Below are positions 27,577-37,983 of a DNA stretch of 64,000 bases, piece by piece. The notes under the pieces are model-generated. The model worked only from the letters and a program-made list of their open reading frames with translations. It was not told the origin of the DNA and made no database searches. Where the stretch lies: positions 1-64,000 of the IMG/VR virus record IMGVR_UViG_3300042448_002155; one strand, 5' to 3'. The translations under genes were made by a program, and so were the position numbers. This DNA comes from a virus. Numbering within the stretch: position 1 is the stretch's first letter; every line of letters starts with the position of its first letter.

Positions 27577-30500
27577 TTATGGATTGTAACTTATAAAGCT
27601 TGCTGGAAATGTACCCAAACCATGATTCCTGCTAAGGTGGTGCACTTGTGCTAGAGTTGTCTTCCCAATAAAATAAACCCTACCGAGACTTCCATTGAAG
27701 AATGATATGTCATACATGCCAAACTCCCCTTGATTATAATATCTAAATATTTTAAAGTCAGTAAAAGGTTGTATGCCGCTACTCGTTGGTATCGATCCAT
27801 GCTTATATCGCGTAAGCGTTATTGCAATAGGATTGGGAATATCTCTTAAGCTAATACTTGGTGCCACCGTTATAACATCTGGTCTATATGTGGTTGAATC
27901 GGTAATTGGAGCAACAGGTGGAACTGGAGTGGTATCGGGTGGAAGACTGGCAATATATGCAGCTATGGCTGCCCAGTCTATTGTCTCATCACCATCATCA
28001 TCACCAGGATCACTATTATCTACTGTCTGCTGCCATATCGCTGTAATTCCATGTATGTCTATATCTCCAGTATAGGGAAATACATTTGTACTCTCTGAAA
28101 CATTAGTACTGCGTCGCAAGCCAAGGTCGTCAATGGCAGATTGAGAATTTTCAACTCCTACAGTATCGTTTCTCTGTGCGGGGGTTACAGTTTCAAACCA
28201 CGTTACTAATTTTTTACTTTCACCATTTATAGTTAAGGTAGCCGTACCGGAAAGATTACAACTAAATCCATATGGCAAATCTATTCCTTCAAAAGAGATA
28301 TACTTTGAAGACAACTTAAATGGATACGAATTAAATCCTGAAGAAAATCCTATTAAAGAATTAAGATTTCTAGTAGAAGATGTTCCAGTAGGCCTCTCGA
28401 TGAGCAGATGGGGGCCAAGCCCACCTATCTTCTGTAATGAGGGAGAGTACTTTTTGGTATAAGCAAGCAGTGGAGAATTTCCTCCGTTAGATGTTATTAT
28501 CTTGTGCAGAGAATATGATGATGGTATATTTTCTGTTGAGTCTGGATTATCAACAACTTCAGCGTCTTTAAACTTAACATCAGGATTGGTGACTTCTATA
28601 TAAAAAGTGACATCAGCTATATCTATCTCAGATAAAAGATTACTCTGAATACTTACTAACTTTTCTGCCATTTGTGTCTTCAAATAGGAAAAAATGCTAG
28701 AAGTATTTGAAGATGTGTCTGTAGTTAGATTTCTAGCATAGACGCTTTCTGATGCCGACAGTGTAACAATTTCAAATAAAACTTTTTCAGAATCCTCTAA
28801 TGCTGGTGAATACATTACCCAAGATGAATCCCAGTCTGTAACAAAATTGATTAAAGATGAAGCTGTTGTTATTTGTCTGGACGATTGTGATTTGCAATAC
28901 ATCCCGTAAGAAATTGCATTATACAACAACTTAAGAGGTCCTTCTAATATCGCAGAGAAAATATTATTATCATTCTCAATATTCCCGAAATGAGATGAAC
29001 CACTATTATAATTTGTTACTCTTTCAGAGTATGCTGTGTCGTATATTGAATTACAGTATGCTAATAGGTTAAAGGTAGTAGCTATAATATTACCTTTAGA
29101 TAAATTATCTATACTACTAGAGGCGGGGATAATTGCCCCTATGGGATACTGTGCAGAAGTAGTAGCTCCGGCCTTAATAAAAGCGTTGTCGTTTGCTAAG
29201 GATGAAAAGTATTTATAAGTTTTTGGCTGACTAACGTTTCCATTCATTAATCTTGATCCAAATATTCCGTAATAGTCTTTTTCAAAAATATTATCCGAGA
29301 GAGACCATCCACCATTTTTATTAGAATCTATAAGATAGTTAGCGTCTATCATGTCAACAGTGTTCGCAGTCGCTCCATCAGACATTACTAACTGAGTTCC
29401 TGCATTTAACTTTGATGCGTCGGGGCATAGTGACAGATCTAATATTAATGTACCAAATTTATTAGCGGTAAAATAATTAATTTTAGCTGCCTGATCAGGA
29501 GTAATTGCTGCGTCAGGAGACCACAATAAAATGTCATATTGACCTATTTCAGATATCGAAATTGTGTCTATGTTTACTTTCCAGTAATTAGCTTGATTTT
29601 TGATTGTACCAGTTGTTGCTAAAGGATTTTCAAATCTTAAACGAGTAAGATTAAAGGGAGAATTTTGAAGTCTATATAGGGAGTACGCATTTATGTTTAC
29701 ACTATTTGAATCAGTATAGAGCACTGCCGCATTTACAGTTTTTAGAACTGTGTTTGAGTTTGCATCCAACTCAACACCATAATTAACCTGATCAAAATTA
29801 AGATTTCTTTTAATTCTTCCTATTAATCTCCAGTTAAAAACTTCATAAGTTCTATAATCTTTAATAGCTTTACTGGGAACTACTACCTGATAGCCGTTCT
29901 CAATGGGTTGATTAATCAAATTTATATTAGTATATTTTTGTTCTATCTTTTTTATAGAGAAATTTTTTGAGCCATAATAGTTTGGATCAATTACAAATGA
30001 CTCTTCTGGAAGTTCTTTAAAATACTTTACTGGATTTATTGTTTCTGCGTATCGAAATTGGAATCCGGATATATTGCCAGACTCATCTGCCTCAACCTTA
30101 TTATACATCAACTTTAAATTAACTGGCTCTTGTGAGTCCAAGAACACTAAAACCCTATAGGGAATTTCAGAAAGAGAAGTATTGGATTCTGTTCTAAATG
30201 GTTCTAATAAAATTTTATATCTTTTTTTATTTGTAATTGTATTGACGTAGTCTTTTCCAGACTCATCTAATACTTTTACTCCTAAATCAACGATTACATC
30301 ATCATTAATATAATCGTCTAGCGATGTTAGCGCGAATACTGCTGGTGCCACTATAAAATATCTACTGACATAAAAATAATGACTAAAAGAATCAGGGCTT
30401 ATGGCATCAAGATCTAAAATTTCCGAAACAGTTCGCCTGTCTATTAGTGAGTTACTTATGGTTATATCTTGAGTTGCTATTGAGGATGACCCATTAAGCC

Positions 30501-30726
30501 TTCTCAAGATACCTAGCTCATCTGCATACATGATTTCTGACGAAGATGTTTCTTTAATTTTATTTTCTACAATAGTGCTAGAAACGTCTATAGCAGATAC
30601 ATTTTTTCCTGGACTAATTGACTCTGAAGTAAACCATGAAACATTTACGGCATCGGCTGGAACTCTAGTTCCTATTTTTGTTGCTTTTTCCTTACCAGAT
30701 TCGGTTAAGTTGTTAAATATTTCCAT
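27577..30726 (-). CDS. Large structural (baseplate-associated) protein
   Basis: 1049 aa, N/S-rich, coupled to the upstream gene, with an acidic/Pro-rich segment near the C-terminus. Confidence 0.6.
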   Translation of the reverse strand: MEIFNNLTESGKEKATKIGTRVPADAVNVSWFTSESISPGKNVSAIDVSSTIVENKIKETSSSEIMYADELGILRRLNGSSSIATQDITISNSLIDRRTVSEILDLDAISPDSFSHYFYVSRYFIVAPAVFALTSLDDYINDDVIVDLGVKVLDESGKDYVNTITNKKRYKILLEPFRTESNTSLSEIPYRVLVFLDSQEPVNLKLMYNKVEADESGNISGFQFRYAETINPVKYFKELPEESFVIDPNYYGSKNFSIKKIEQKYTNINLINQPIENGYQVVVPSKAIKDYRTYEVFNWRLIGRIKRNLNFDQVNYGVELDANSNTVLKTVNAAVLYTDSNSVNINAYSLYRLQNSPFNLTRLRFENPLATTGTIKNQANYWKVNIDTISISEIGQYDILLWSPDAAITPDQAAKINYFTANKFGTLILDLSLCPDASKLNAGTQLVMSDGATANTVDMIDANYLIDSNKNGGWSLSDNIFEKDYYGIFGSRLMNGNVSQPKTYKYFSSLANDNAFIKAGATTSAQYPIGAIIPASSSIDNLSKGNIIATTFNLLAYCNSIYDTAYSERVTNYNSGSSHFGNIENDNNIFSAILEGPLKLLYNAISYGMYCKSQSSRQITTASSLINFVTDWDSSWVMYSPALEDSEKVLFEIVTLSASESVYARNLTTDTSSNTSSIFSYLKTQMAEKLVSIQSNLLSEIDIADVTFYIEVTNPDVKFKDAEVVDNPDSTENIPSSYSLHKIITSNGGNSPLLAYTKKYSPSLQKIGGLGPHLLIERPTGTSSTRNLNSLIGFSSGFNSYPFKLSSKYISFEGIDLPYGFSCNLSGTATLTINGESKKLVTWFETVTPAQRNDTVGVENSQSAIDDLGLRRSTNVSESTNVFPYTGDIDIHGITAIWQQTVDNSDPGDDDGDETIDWAAIAAYIASLPPDTTPVPPVAPITDSTTYRPDVITVAPSISLRDIPNPIAITLTRYKHGSIPTSSGIQPFTDFKIFRYYNQGEFGMYDISFFNGSLGRVYFIGKTTLAQVHHLSRNHGLGTFPASFISYNP

Positions 30727-33700
30727 TATTCTTCCTCGTGATCCGGATGCAGTAGGGAGTAATCAGATATATAGTACGGAGTGGATCCCATCAAACCCAT
30801 TTGATATTGATCGTATCTGTTTAGTGGAACCCATTTTGGAGGTGACCAATTTGGTGTCGAGTTATATGAGTATATAATTTCTGCATCAGCGTGACTATAG
30901 GCAAACTGGGGGGTTGCCAGTATTTGCGAGCCCTCTTGCCTATTAATCGTATATATGTTCGGTAGCGGAATATCATTCTCATAGCTATACTGGATGGAAT
31001 CATATGATTCATGCCAATAGATAACGTCTCCAGATATAGTAACGTCATTAGAGGAAAGAACCTCTCCACTGGAAGTTAAAATAGATGTAACAGCCTCTGG
31101 ATTAGAAACATTAACACGAGCAAACCAGTAACCTGGCGTACTTGAATCATTGGCTGTAATCGCATTTGATATAGTAAATTCTCCATTAGAATCAGTATTC
31201 ACTACGTAATCAGGCGTAGCAGCAAAGAGATTCTTTAATGTTCTTCCAGTGTTCCATGAAAGTTGGATCTGATTATTGAATGGCTTATTCTTCCAATATA
31301 CTTTTCCGGATATTGATAACTTGCTGATTCCATCGGCATTTACGCTGAGGTCAGATGCTGCTGCCTTAACTGATAGATTAAATGGATCGTTTCTATTTAC
31401 ATTAAACGGGACGCTAAGGGCATAACCCTCTGAGGAGCTGTTGGGTCCACCATTTGGCGTGCTCAATCCTACTCCAACGATATTGATAATACTTTCGCTA
31501 TATATTGCTGGTATGTCACCGTTGTATCTAATTACAGATGTAGCCAAACCATTATCGCTAGTCGTGACATATGAAGGAGTGGCCGAAATTACATCTCCCG
31601 ATATAGCAAATGTCTGGCCTGGCTTTAGGTTCTTTTCATTATCGTAAGACACCAAAGATAGGTACATTAGATCTGAAGTAGAATCAGAAATATATGCTGG
31701 CGATAAATAAGCTTCCACATGAGAGAATGGATAATCCTGATCACTCACATATATGTAGCCTTCATCTATTGGATTTGCTGATGAACTTAAAGATAGATCT
31801 ATAGGATATGTATTGTCATTTATCGAATTTTCATAAGTAATATGATATACAGAATCAACATTTGGCGTTGCGCTAAAATATATGATTGAATTATATTCAT
31901 CATTAGCGAGGCTATAAACATCGCTATCAAGATACCATGCGTTATTAGCCTTATATGATACTAGGTATTCCCTATCGTACACTAACGGTGTGGCACCTGT
32001 GTCCATTTTGACCCGATTAGATTCTACAACAATCGGCTCTACCATTTGTTTGCCGGTATAATTATCAATGATTGATACATTTAAAATATCTTCATACGCT
32101 AGATAAATTATTTGATCAGCACTGGCGTTCACTATTTCACTATTCTGAAAAGTTAACTTTCCAGGAGTAGCGGCGTCTTCGAAAACAATATTTCTATAGC
32201 TCTGACCATTAACATCTACAAGTACGGGTGCGCCATTCCTAGGTGTATTCGAAAGATTAATATTAAAAAATCTTCCAGTAGAAGATTCTGTTACTGGATT
32301 TGCATATATGTAATAATCATTTTCATCTAGGTACATCCAGCCTGTATGAAGTGCTGATCGCTGCTCTTCAATTAAGAATCTATCTTTTTTAGCATGTATG
32401 TCTACTGACATTTCAATTTCTTGGCTAAAAGAAGAATTCAGATCGCTTAGGAGTCTGTTTCGAGATTCTGCATAAGCTTCTATTTCATCTTGTCCAGTAT
32501 CAAATGTTGCATCTTTTATTATATAGACATCATTTTCGATAAGACCAAAAGAACTTTTGTCCAAATATATCTTACTTAAAAAAGAATCAGTATTGAAGTA
32601 AGAGTTAGATTCATTTTCGCTTGATTCATAAACATTATCTAATGAATCTATGTATCCACTAAAAAGATTAGGAGTTGTTTGAGCCGTAAATGATTCATAG
32701 GTATCAAAATATATTGGATAATAATTTGATGTAGCTGACTCGATTAGTAGATAGTGCGGTGTTGCTGCATAATTAATTGTAGCAGAATCAAAATAATCAG
32801 CTGCCCCCAATGACACATCTAAAGAATCAAAAGGTTGCCATAATATATTTGGAGAAGATGAAACTAAATATTGCGAGTTGTCATCTGGATTTATAGTTCT
32901 TCCGCCAATAATTCCTGATTCTATATCTTCTGCTCCAAAATATCCTAGGCCATTTGGGGCTTCAACGTTTACATAAAGGTACTGAGGAGTAGCACTCGGG
33001 GGCAAAATGACTCTATCTAGCAAATCATTTACATAAATAGACTTTGTTGAGGTACCTAAGATGGAAGGATCATTTTGCGGATTCAGACTAAAGGTATTTT
33101 TTAATATATTGGTATTTAAAGATACTACTTTTGTTGCGTAGTTTGTAGATCCAATTTTTATGTTTGCATCTTGTGGGCGCCTATTTGGAGTGGCCATTGA
33201 TGTGTAGGAATTGGCAGCTGGGTTAGTATAGTAATTTGGAGTACTCGTAGTAAAGGAGGCCCAATAGCTTGCAGTCGCAAGGGAAGTATCATATGCTTGA
33301 GAGACATAATTCCATCCGCCATTTGAGAAGACTATCTTTACTGAAGAAGCGTCATTAAAGGTAATGTTATTAGTTATGGGAGATGCATGGGTGTTTAGGT
33401 AGATCTGATTATATATTTTATCTTTGAATACCACATCAGGAACTGTGTTACCTTCCTGATCAAATATTCTAATATAGTTAAATTCAGGACTAGCAGAACT
33501 TGTAGCTGGAAATCTATTTCCAACATAAAAATCATCTCTATTGCTATAGTTTAAATTTGAATAGAATGTAGAAGGAGTAGCATAGTTGTCATGTGGCGGC
33601 ATTATTATTTCATATGTTAATCCAACTCCAACATCCTGAACTACTCCAGATTTTCTTCTGCCGGCTTCGTAATCCTGAACAGTTCTTAAGTAGTTAACAT

Positions 33701-35330
33701 ACCATGAATAGTCTACAAGGATTGGCGTGTAGGCGTACTCTATCCCGGTTTTATGCACTCCGGCTATAGACATTGACCCATCGAATGATATGGTGGATTT
33801 CTCTAGCGATTCTAGAATAAATCTTCCGTCAGAAAAATCTCCGATACCTGGCTGATAATATTCTGACAGTGGAGATGTACCTATGTCATATATAGCAGGT
33901 ATTCTAGCGACACCTTCGCCATCTAATCCGGAGTAGTCCCAAGTTCCCTCGCCCCATCTAACGTATCCTATATTGGATGGATACCTACTATTTAGATCAT
34001 TTACTAAATCTTTGAAGATTTTTTCTGGCCTACCAGAAGGTGAAAAGTACGGTGTTGTTTTTTCTAAGTCTGAAATTTCATATATACCTGGAAAAGATTG
34101 AGTGCTAGCAGAGTTTACATCTAGGCCGTAAGCATTCCAAATGTCTAACTCTCTTCTCAGTGTTCTCTTTAGGCCGTCGGCATAGATTGCTGGAACATTT
34201 TGTGAAACATCTAATATTCTTTTTTTGTATCTAGAATTAGTTTCTTTATATAGTCTTTGTAAGCCTGTTTTTGCGCCAAACTCATCAAAATCGTTAAAGA
34301 TGTTAACTGCGTACTGCTCGTAGGGAGATCCGTTAATTAATAATGAGACATATTCTCTCATCATGAGAATTTGCTTATCTATTGCATTGTAGTAATAAAC
34401 GTGATCTGTTATTTTACTTCTATGAAAATCTGCCAAAGAGTTTACTGGTACAACATTAACGTCATCTCCAACGACAGTCTGAAGATTGGTTGGAGTATCG
34501 TACGATACGAAAGCCCAAGCGAGCATGTCTTCGTCGGCGCTATTGATAAATGCGTTGATGTCTCTCAAGTCCATTTGTGAAACTATGTCATCTATATTTT
34601 CCTGGACTAATGCTGTCAGGAATTTACCGCCTGTAGATTCAGGAATGGCTAGAGAGGGCGTAGCAGGCTCTAGGGAGTCATCAAATAGCTTTGTCCATGT
34701 TGGGAATCTTCTTAAGATATTCCTTGCTACAGTCGAAACTACTGGAGATGTAGGCTCATGTATGCCTATTTCCAAATAAAATAATAGTCCTAAATTTGAA
34801 ACATCTAAGTTTTCGGAAAATATTTCAAGTTCTATTTTTATCCATGGTTTAGAATTTCTAATAAATATAACATTAGAATCAAATGACAGAGAGGACTTTA
34901 ACCATGGCCCATTTTCTACATCAGATTCATGAATCTGGATATTGAAAGACGGAGTCTCAAGTCCTTGCGTATTAGTGAAAGTGTGCTTATAAGCTAGTAT
35001 GTCTATTCTTGAGCTAGTGTCCAAAAAGCGTAGCAGGTCGGGCGTAGCGGGCTCATAGACTATTTCTCCAACGTTAGTTACATACACCACATTAGAGCTA
35101 AGGGGTGTAGATGATTCCTGAGAATAGGAAGGCGAAGTAACTTCGGTACCAACGTAAGTATTGTCTCCGATTAAATTAAGACCATAGCGAGACCTGGTGT
35201 AGGAGTAGTTCTTATATTGACTATTGCTATACAGGTTTACGGCGTTACTTGTCCATAGGGGATTTCCTGTTAAAGCGTTAGATGTCTTGACGAAATCTCC
35301 GCTTTTAAAAAGTAACAAGTATTGCTTCAT
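30726..35330 (-). CDS. Large baseplate wedge protein (gpI/gp7-like motif) with dispersed [A/S]TP motifs
   Basis: FDEFGAKTGLQRLYKETNSRYKKRILD matches the wedge LDxxGxxxGxxR...ExxxxYRxRI motif. The gene lies directly after baseplate J. Confidence 0.65.
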   Translation of the reverse strand: MKQYLLLFKSGDFVKTSNALTGNPLWTSNAVNLYSNSQYKNYSYTRSRYGLNLIGDNTYVGTEVTSPSYSQESSTPLSSNVVYVTNVGEIVYEPATPDLLRFLDTSSRIDILAYKHTFTNTQGLETPSFNIQIHESDVENGPWLKSSLSFDSNVIFIRNSKPWIKIELEIFSENLDVSNLGLLFYLEIGIHEPTSPVVSTVARNILRRFPTWTKLFDDSLEPATPSLAIPESTGGKFLTALVQENIDDIVSQMDLRDINAFINSADEDMLAWAFVSYDTPTNLQTVVGDDVNVVPVNSLADFHRSKITDHVYYYNAIDKQILMMREYVSLLINGSPYEQYAVNIFNDFDEFGAKTGLQRLYKETNSRYKKRILDVSQNVPAIYADGLKRTLRRELDIWNAYGLDVNSASTQSFPGIYEISDLEKTTPYFSPSGRPEKIFKDLVNDLNSRYPSNIGYVRWGEGTWDYSGLDGEGVARIPAIYDIGTSPLSEYYQPGIGDFSDGRFILESLEKSTISFDGSMSIAGVHKTGIEYAYTPILVDYSWYVNYLRTVQDYEAGRRKSGVVQDVGVGLTYEIIMPPHDNYATPSTFYSNLNYSNRDDFYVGNRFPATSSASPEFNYIRIFDQEGNTVPDVVFKDKIYNQIYLNTHASPITNNITFNDASSVKIVFSNGGWNYVSQAYDTSLATASYWASFTTSTPNYYTNPAANSYTSMATPNRRPQDANIKIGSTNYATKVVSLNTNILKNTFSLNPQNDPSILGTSTKSIYVNDLLDRVILPPSATPQYLYVNVEAPNGLGYFGAEDIESGIIGGRTINPDDNSQYLVSSSPNILWQPFDSLDVSLGAADYFDSATINYAATPHYLLIESATSNYYPIYFDTYESFTAQTTPNLFSGYIDSLDNVYESSENESNSYFNTDSFLSKIYLDKSSFGLIENDVYIIKDATFDTGQDEIEAYAESRNRLLSDLNSSFSQEIEMSVDIHAKKDRFLIEEQRSALHTGWMYLDENDYYIYANPVTESSTGRFFNINLSNTPRNGAPVLVDVNGQSYRNIVFEDAATPGKLTFQNSEIVNASADQIIYLAYEDILNVSIIDNYTGKQMVEPIVVESNRVKMDTGATPLVYDREYLVSYKANNAWYLDSDVYSLANDEYNSIIYFSATPNVDSVYHITYENSINDNTYPIDLSLSSSANPIDEGYIYVSDQDYPFSHVEAYLSPAYISDSTSDLMYLSLVSYDNEKNLKPGQTFAISGDVISATPSYVTTSDNGLATSVIRYNGDIPAIYSESIINIVGVGLSTPNGGPNSSSEGYALSVPFNVNRNDPFNLSVKAAASDLSVNADGISKLSISGKVYWKNKPFNNQIQLSWNTGRTLKNLFAATPDYVVNTDSNGEFTISNAITANDSSTPGYWFARVNVSNPEAVTSILTSSGEVLSSNDVTISGDVIYWHESYDSIQYSYENDIPLPNIYTINRQEGSQILATPQFAYSHADAEIIYSYNSTPNWSPPKWVPLNRYDQYQMGLMGSTPYYISDYSLLHPDHEEE

Positions 35331-35358
35331 TTAATCCTCAGTTTAATTAAAGTTATTG

Positions 35359-35383
35359 TATAAATAAAATATATTTATTTATA
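35359..35383. repeat. AT-only inverted repeat in an intergenic gap
   Basis: TATAAATAAA-ATATA-TTTATTTATA, with perfect 10-bp arms. Confidence 0.7.
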
Positions 35384-35393
35384 TAGCTTATTT

Positions 35394-36563
35394 TTAATAA
35401 GTTGCAGATCCCATTATAACAGAATTTATAGTGACAGTTCCAGCGGAAACATATTTTTTAATGCCTTCTAAGGAAAAATCTTGTATAGACAATTCCTTGC
35501 CATCCGCTGTGAGACTTGAAACAATTGCACTTCTGATGTAGTCAGACGATCTATTGATTTGGGCTTCAATTTCCTTTATGGATACCGAGTCTCCAATAGT
35601 CAATGAATTTAAATACCTCTTAATGAATAAAGATGCCTGATTTTTAATGCCAGAAGATAAGGTTTCAGATACGCCCATGGGAATTCTGATCGTAGCACCA
35701 ACTGATACTGTTACCTTTTCGGCTATTCGAATATTTAGCTTAATGCCGACGGGCTTAACTGCATTAACTGCTATCAAAACGTTTTGTGGAAGATTACTTA
35801 AACCACTTGTAGTCTCTGGCACAACTACAACATCGCAAGATCCAATTCCATACGATCCTTCTCTAATTCTTACATCCCTTACTCCTCTTACGGCGAGGGC
35901 AGCAAACCTTACCGACTCAGCGCTTCCTATGGCTTTTGACTTAATCGAGGCAATTATTCTTCTTCTAAAGTTGGAGTCAGATTCTGAATTTATATTGGAA
36001 TATACTTCCTTAGGATTATTGCAAAATAGTATTACTCCAGCTGGAGAAAAGAAGTTATGCTTTGTTAAGGAGTTAACTGGAGCGACATAGGCGTTGTCGG
36101 AAAAGTTTGGTTCCACCCTACCATAAGCCCTAGTGGACCCAACCGGAATAACTACATCTCCAGCTAATTTAAAGCCATATTGTGTAGAGATAAAGTTAGA
36201 CACATCATTGTATACTAATACGCCTTTTGGTATTGTAATTGATGTACTATGGGCTTTATCTATGAAGAATTCTATATTGAATGATTGCCTGTCTTCAGAG
36301 GCATACTCTGTTATGCTCTTTCTTGAAATCCCATAAAGGTCGCCAATAAGATCTAAGTTTCTACCGGATGCGCTAGACAAATTACTTTGATTTATATTAA
36401 ATTTTAATGCCTCATAAAGATCTGACACTTCAGAGCTAAACGCCTCAGCAAATGCCCTGGCAATAGACCCTGGATAGACTGCAGATATTCCTGCATCTTT
36501 CTGTAAAGAATTTAATATATTTATTAATATATCTGACTTGCTCTTAATACCGTAAACAGACAT
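35394..36563 (-). CDS. Baseplate J-like wedge protein
   Basis: PGSIARAFAEA...ASGRNLDLIGDLYGISR...ESDSNFRRRI...AVRGVRDV...VKPVGI. Confidence 0.88.
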   Translation of the reverse strand: MSVYGIKSKSDILINILNSLQKDAGISAVYPGSIARAFAEAFSSEVSDLYEALKFNINQSNLSSASGRNLDLIGDLYGISRKSITEYASEDRQSFNIEFFIDKAHSTSITIPKGVLVYNDVSNFISTQYGFKLAGDVVIPVGSTRAYGRVEPNFSDNAYVAPVNSLTKHNFFSPAGVILFCNNPKEVYSNINSESDSNFRRRIIASIKSKAIGSAESVRFAALAVRGVRDVRIREGSYGIGSCDVVVVPETTSGLSNLPQNVLIAVNAVKPVGIKLNIRIAEKVTVSVGATIRIPMGVSETLSSGIKNQASLFIKRYLNSLTIGDSVSIKEIEAQINRSSDYIRSAIVSSLTADGKELSIQDFSLEGIKKYVSAGTVTINSVIMGSATY

Positions 36564-36566
36564 TTA

Positions 36567-36947
36567 TTAATCTCCTAGATTTTGACTTACTGATAAAATT
36601 ATGGGCTCATCTATATCTGACACTATATGAATATCAAACTTAATAGTATCCTTACTGGTTGGGACTGCGGTTATCTTAATATTGCGCCCCTTGAAAAGCC
36701 CCTCCCTTTGAAGGCCAGCTCGAATAAGATTTTTTCCAAATTCCGCTGTTTCCTTTGTTTGTGGCAATCCGTAAAGTCTAGACAGATCTATACCAAGCTG
36801 AGGATATATATAAAAGTCTCCAGGCTCTGTCATCAATCTTAAGTAGATTTGTTGTATATCTTCCTGCATAGACGATGGAGCTAAGGATAAGTCTTTATTT
36901 CCATTGATGAGAAAGTCTCCATTTAAAGTAAAATATAGGTCACTCAT
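36567..36947 (-). CDS. gp25/gpW-like baseplate wedge (sheath initiator) protein
   Basis: GDFLINGNKDL...QQIYLRLMTEPGDFYIYPQLGIDL, in the canonical position before gpJ. Confidence 0.78.
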   Translation of the reverse strand: MSDLYFTLNGDFLINGNKDLSLAPSSMQEDIQQIYLRLMTEPGDFYIYPQLGIDLSRLYGLPQTKETAEFGKNLIRAGLQREGLFKGRNIKITAVPTSKDTIKFDIHIVSDIDEPIILSVSQNLGD

Positions 36948-37584
36948 TAATTTCCTCTAATGCTAACTGATGTGCTTGTTCGAAAGATGCTCCATCCTTC
37001 ATGAGATTTATCATGTACAGGATATGCTCTTTAGAATAGTCAGATTGATATATCTCCAATAGTCCTATTTGTTCGTTTGTCAGTCCATCTATGCTATATT
37101 CTGACTGATAATTCTGCTTAAGAGGGTCTATTGATGGGGCAAATCCATATTCACCTGTTATAGTAATAGGTTTTTGCTTTTCTTCCTGATCATATTTTTT
37201 AGCTGAATCTAAATAATAACTAACGCCATTTTGTGCAGAATGTATCAAATTATGATTTATTTTAACTAAAGTTGGCTCAATATAGGATGAGGCTGCGTAG
37301 TTAAAATTGTAGCTATTCCACCTAAGGCCGTCTTCTTTTGTGTTAATTCGAACAGAATCTCCAAAAAAAGAAATAGATTTTGACCTTGCGCTGATTATTA
37401 TTCCTATCCCTGGCGCAGCAAAAATCTCTATATCGCCTTGATCATTTAGTCTTATAAAGCTAGATAGGTCCGGATGACTTAAACCTACCTCTCTGTCGGA
37501 AAACTCTTTTCTTTTTTTTATCTCAGACGATACTGGTATGGGGGAATCTTGGTAGTTTATTTTATTTATTGATTGCCTGCTCAT
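36940..37584 (-). CDS. Baseplate spike-associated protein
   Basis: Beta-strand-rich EVGLSHP..SSFIRLNDQGDIEI, located between the spike and gp25 genes. Confidence 0.5.
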   Translation of the reverse strand: MSRQSINKINYQDSPIPVSSEIKKRKEFSDREVGLSHPDLSSFIRLNDQGDIEIFAAPGIGIIISARSKSISFFGDSVRINTKEDGLRWNSYNFNYAASSYIEPTLVKINHNLIHSAQNGVSYYLDSAKKYDQEEKQKPITITGEYGFAPSIDPLKQNYQSEYSIDGLTNEQIGLLEIYQSDYSKEHILYMINLMKDGASFEQAHQLALEEINE

Positions 37585-37952
37585 TAGTGAACCATAAACC
37601 TTGGTACTCCTGTATTGACCCTATACTGATATGCTCTATTGTATCCAGAATTTGTATCATCATAGTAATTAATTATATAAGGTCTAGATTCATTATTGTC
37701 TCTAAAGCCTATCAGGCATCTTGAGCCCGGGACTGGCGCTACTACTTGAACGCCCCTTAGACTGGGACAAACTACATCTTTAACTATATTTCCTAGATTT
37801 TCAGAATACTGATCTTCCAATACTACAACCGCAGTGTTGCTAATATTACTATAGGACATGATAACTCCAGGCCTCGTCTTGGCCTTTTGCATTTCGGACA
37901 AATTAATTTGGTCCTGTATTTTTTTATCAAACTTTGGATAATTAACTGGCAT
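37584..37952 (-). CDS. Baseplate spike OB-fold (gpV/gp5 N-terminal-like) protein
   Basis: PGVIMSY...TAVV...VVCP...PVPGSRCLIGF......PYII is the spike OB-fold pattern. Confidence 0.65.
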   Translation of the reverse strand: MPVNYPKFDKKIQDQINLSEMQKAKTRPGVIMSYSNISNTAVVVLEDQYSENLGNIVKDVVCPSLRGVQVVAPVPGSRCLIGFRDNNESRPYIINYYDDTNSGYNRAYQYRVNTGVPRFMVH

Positions 37953-37983
37953 AAAAAATCTCCTTATTCATAAACTATAATAC

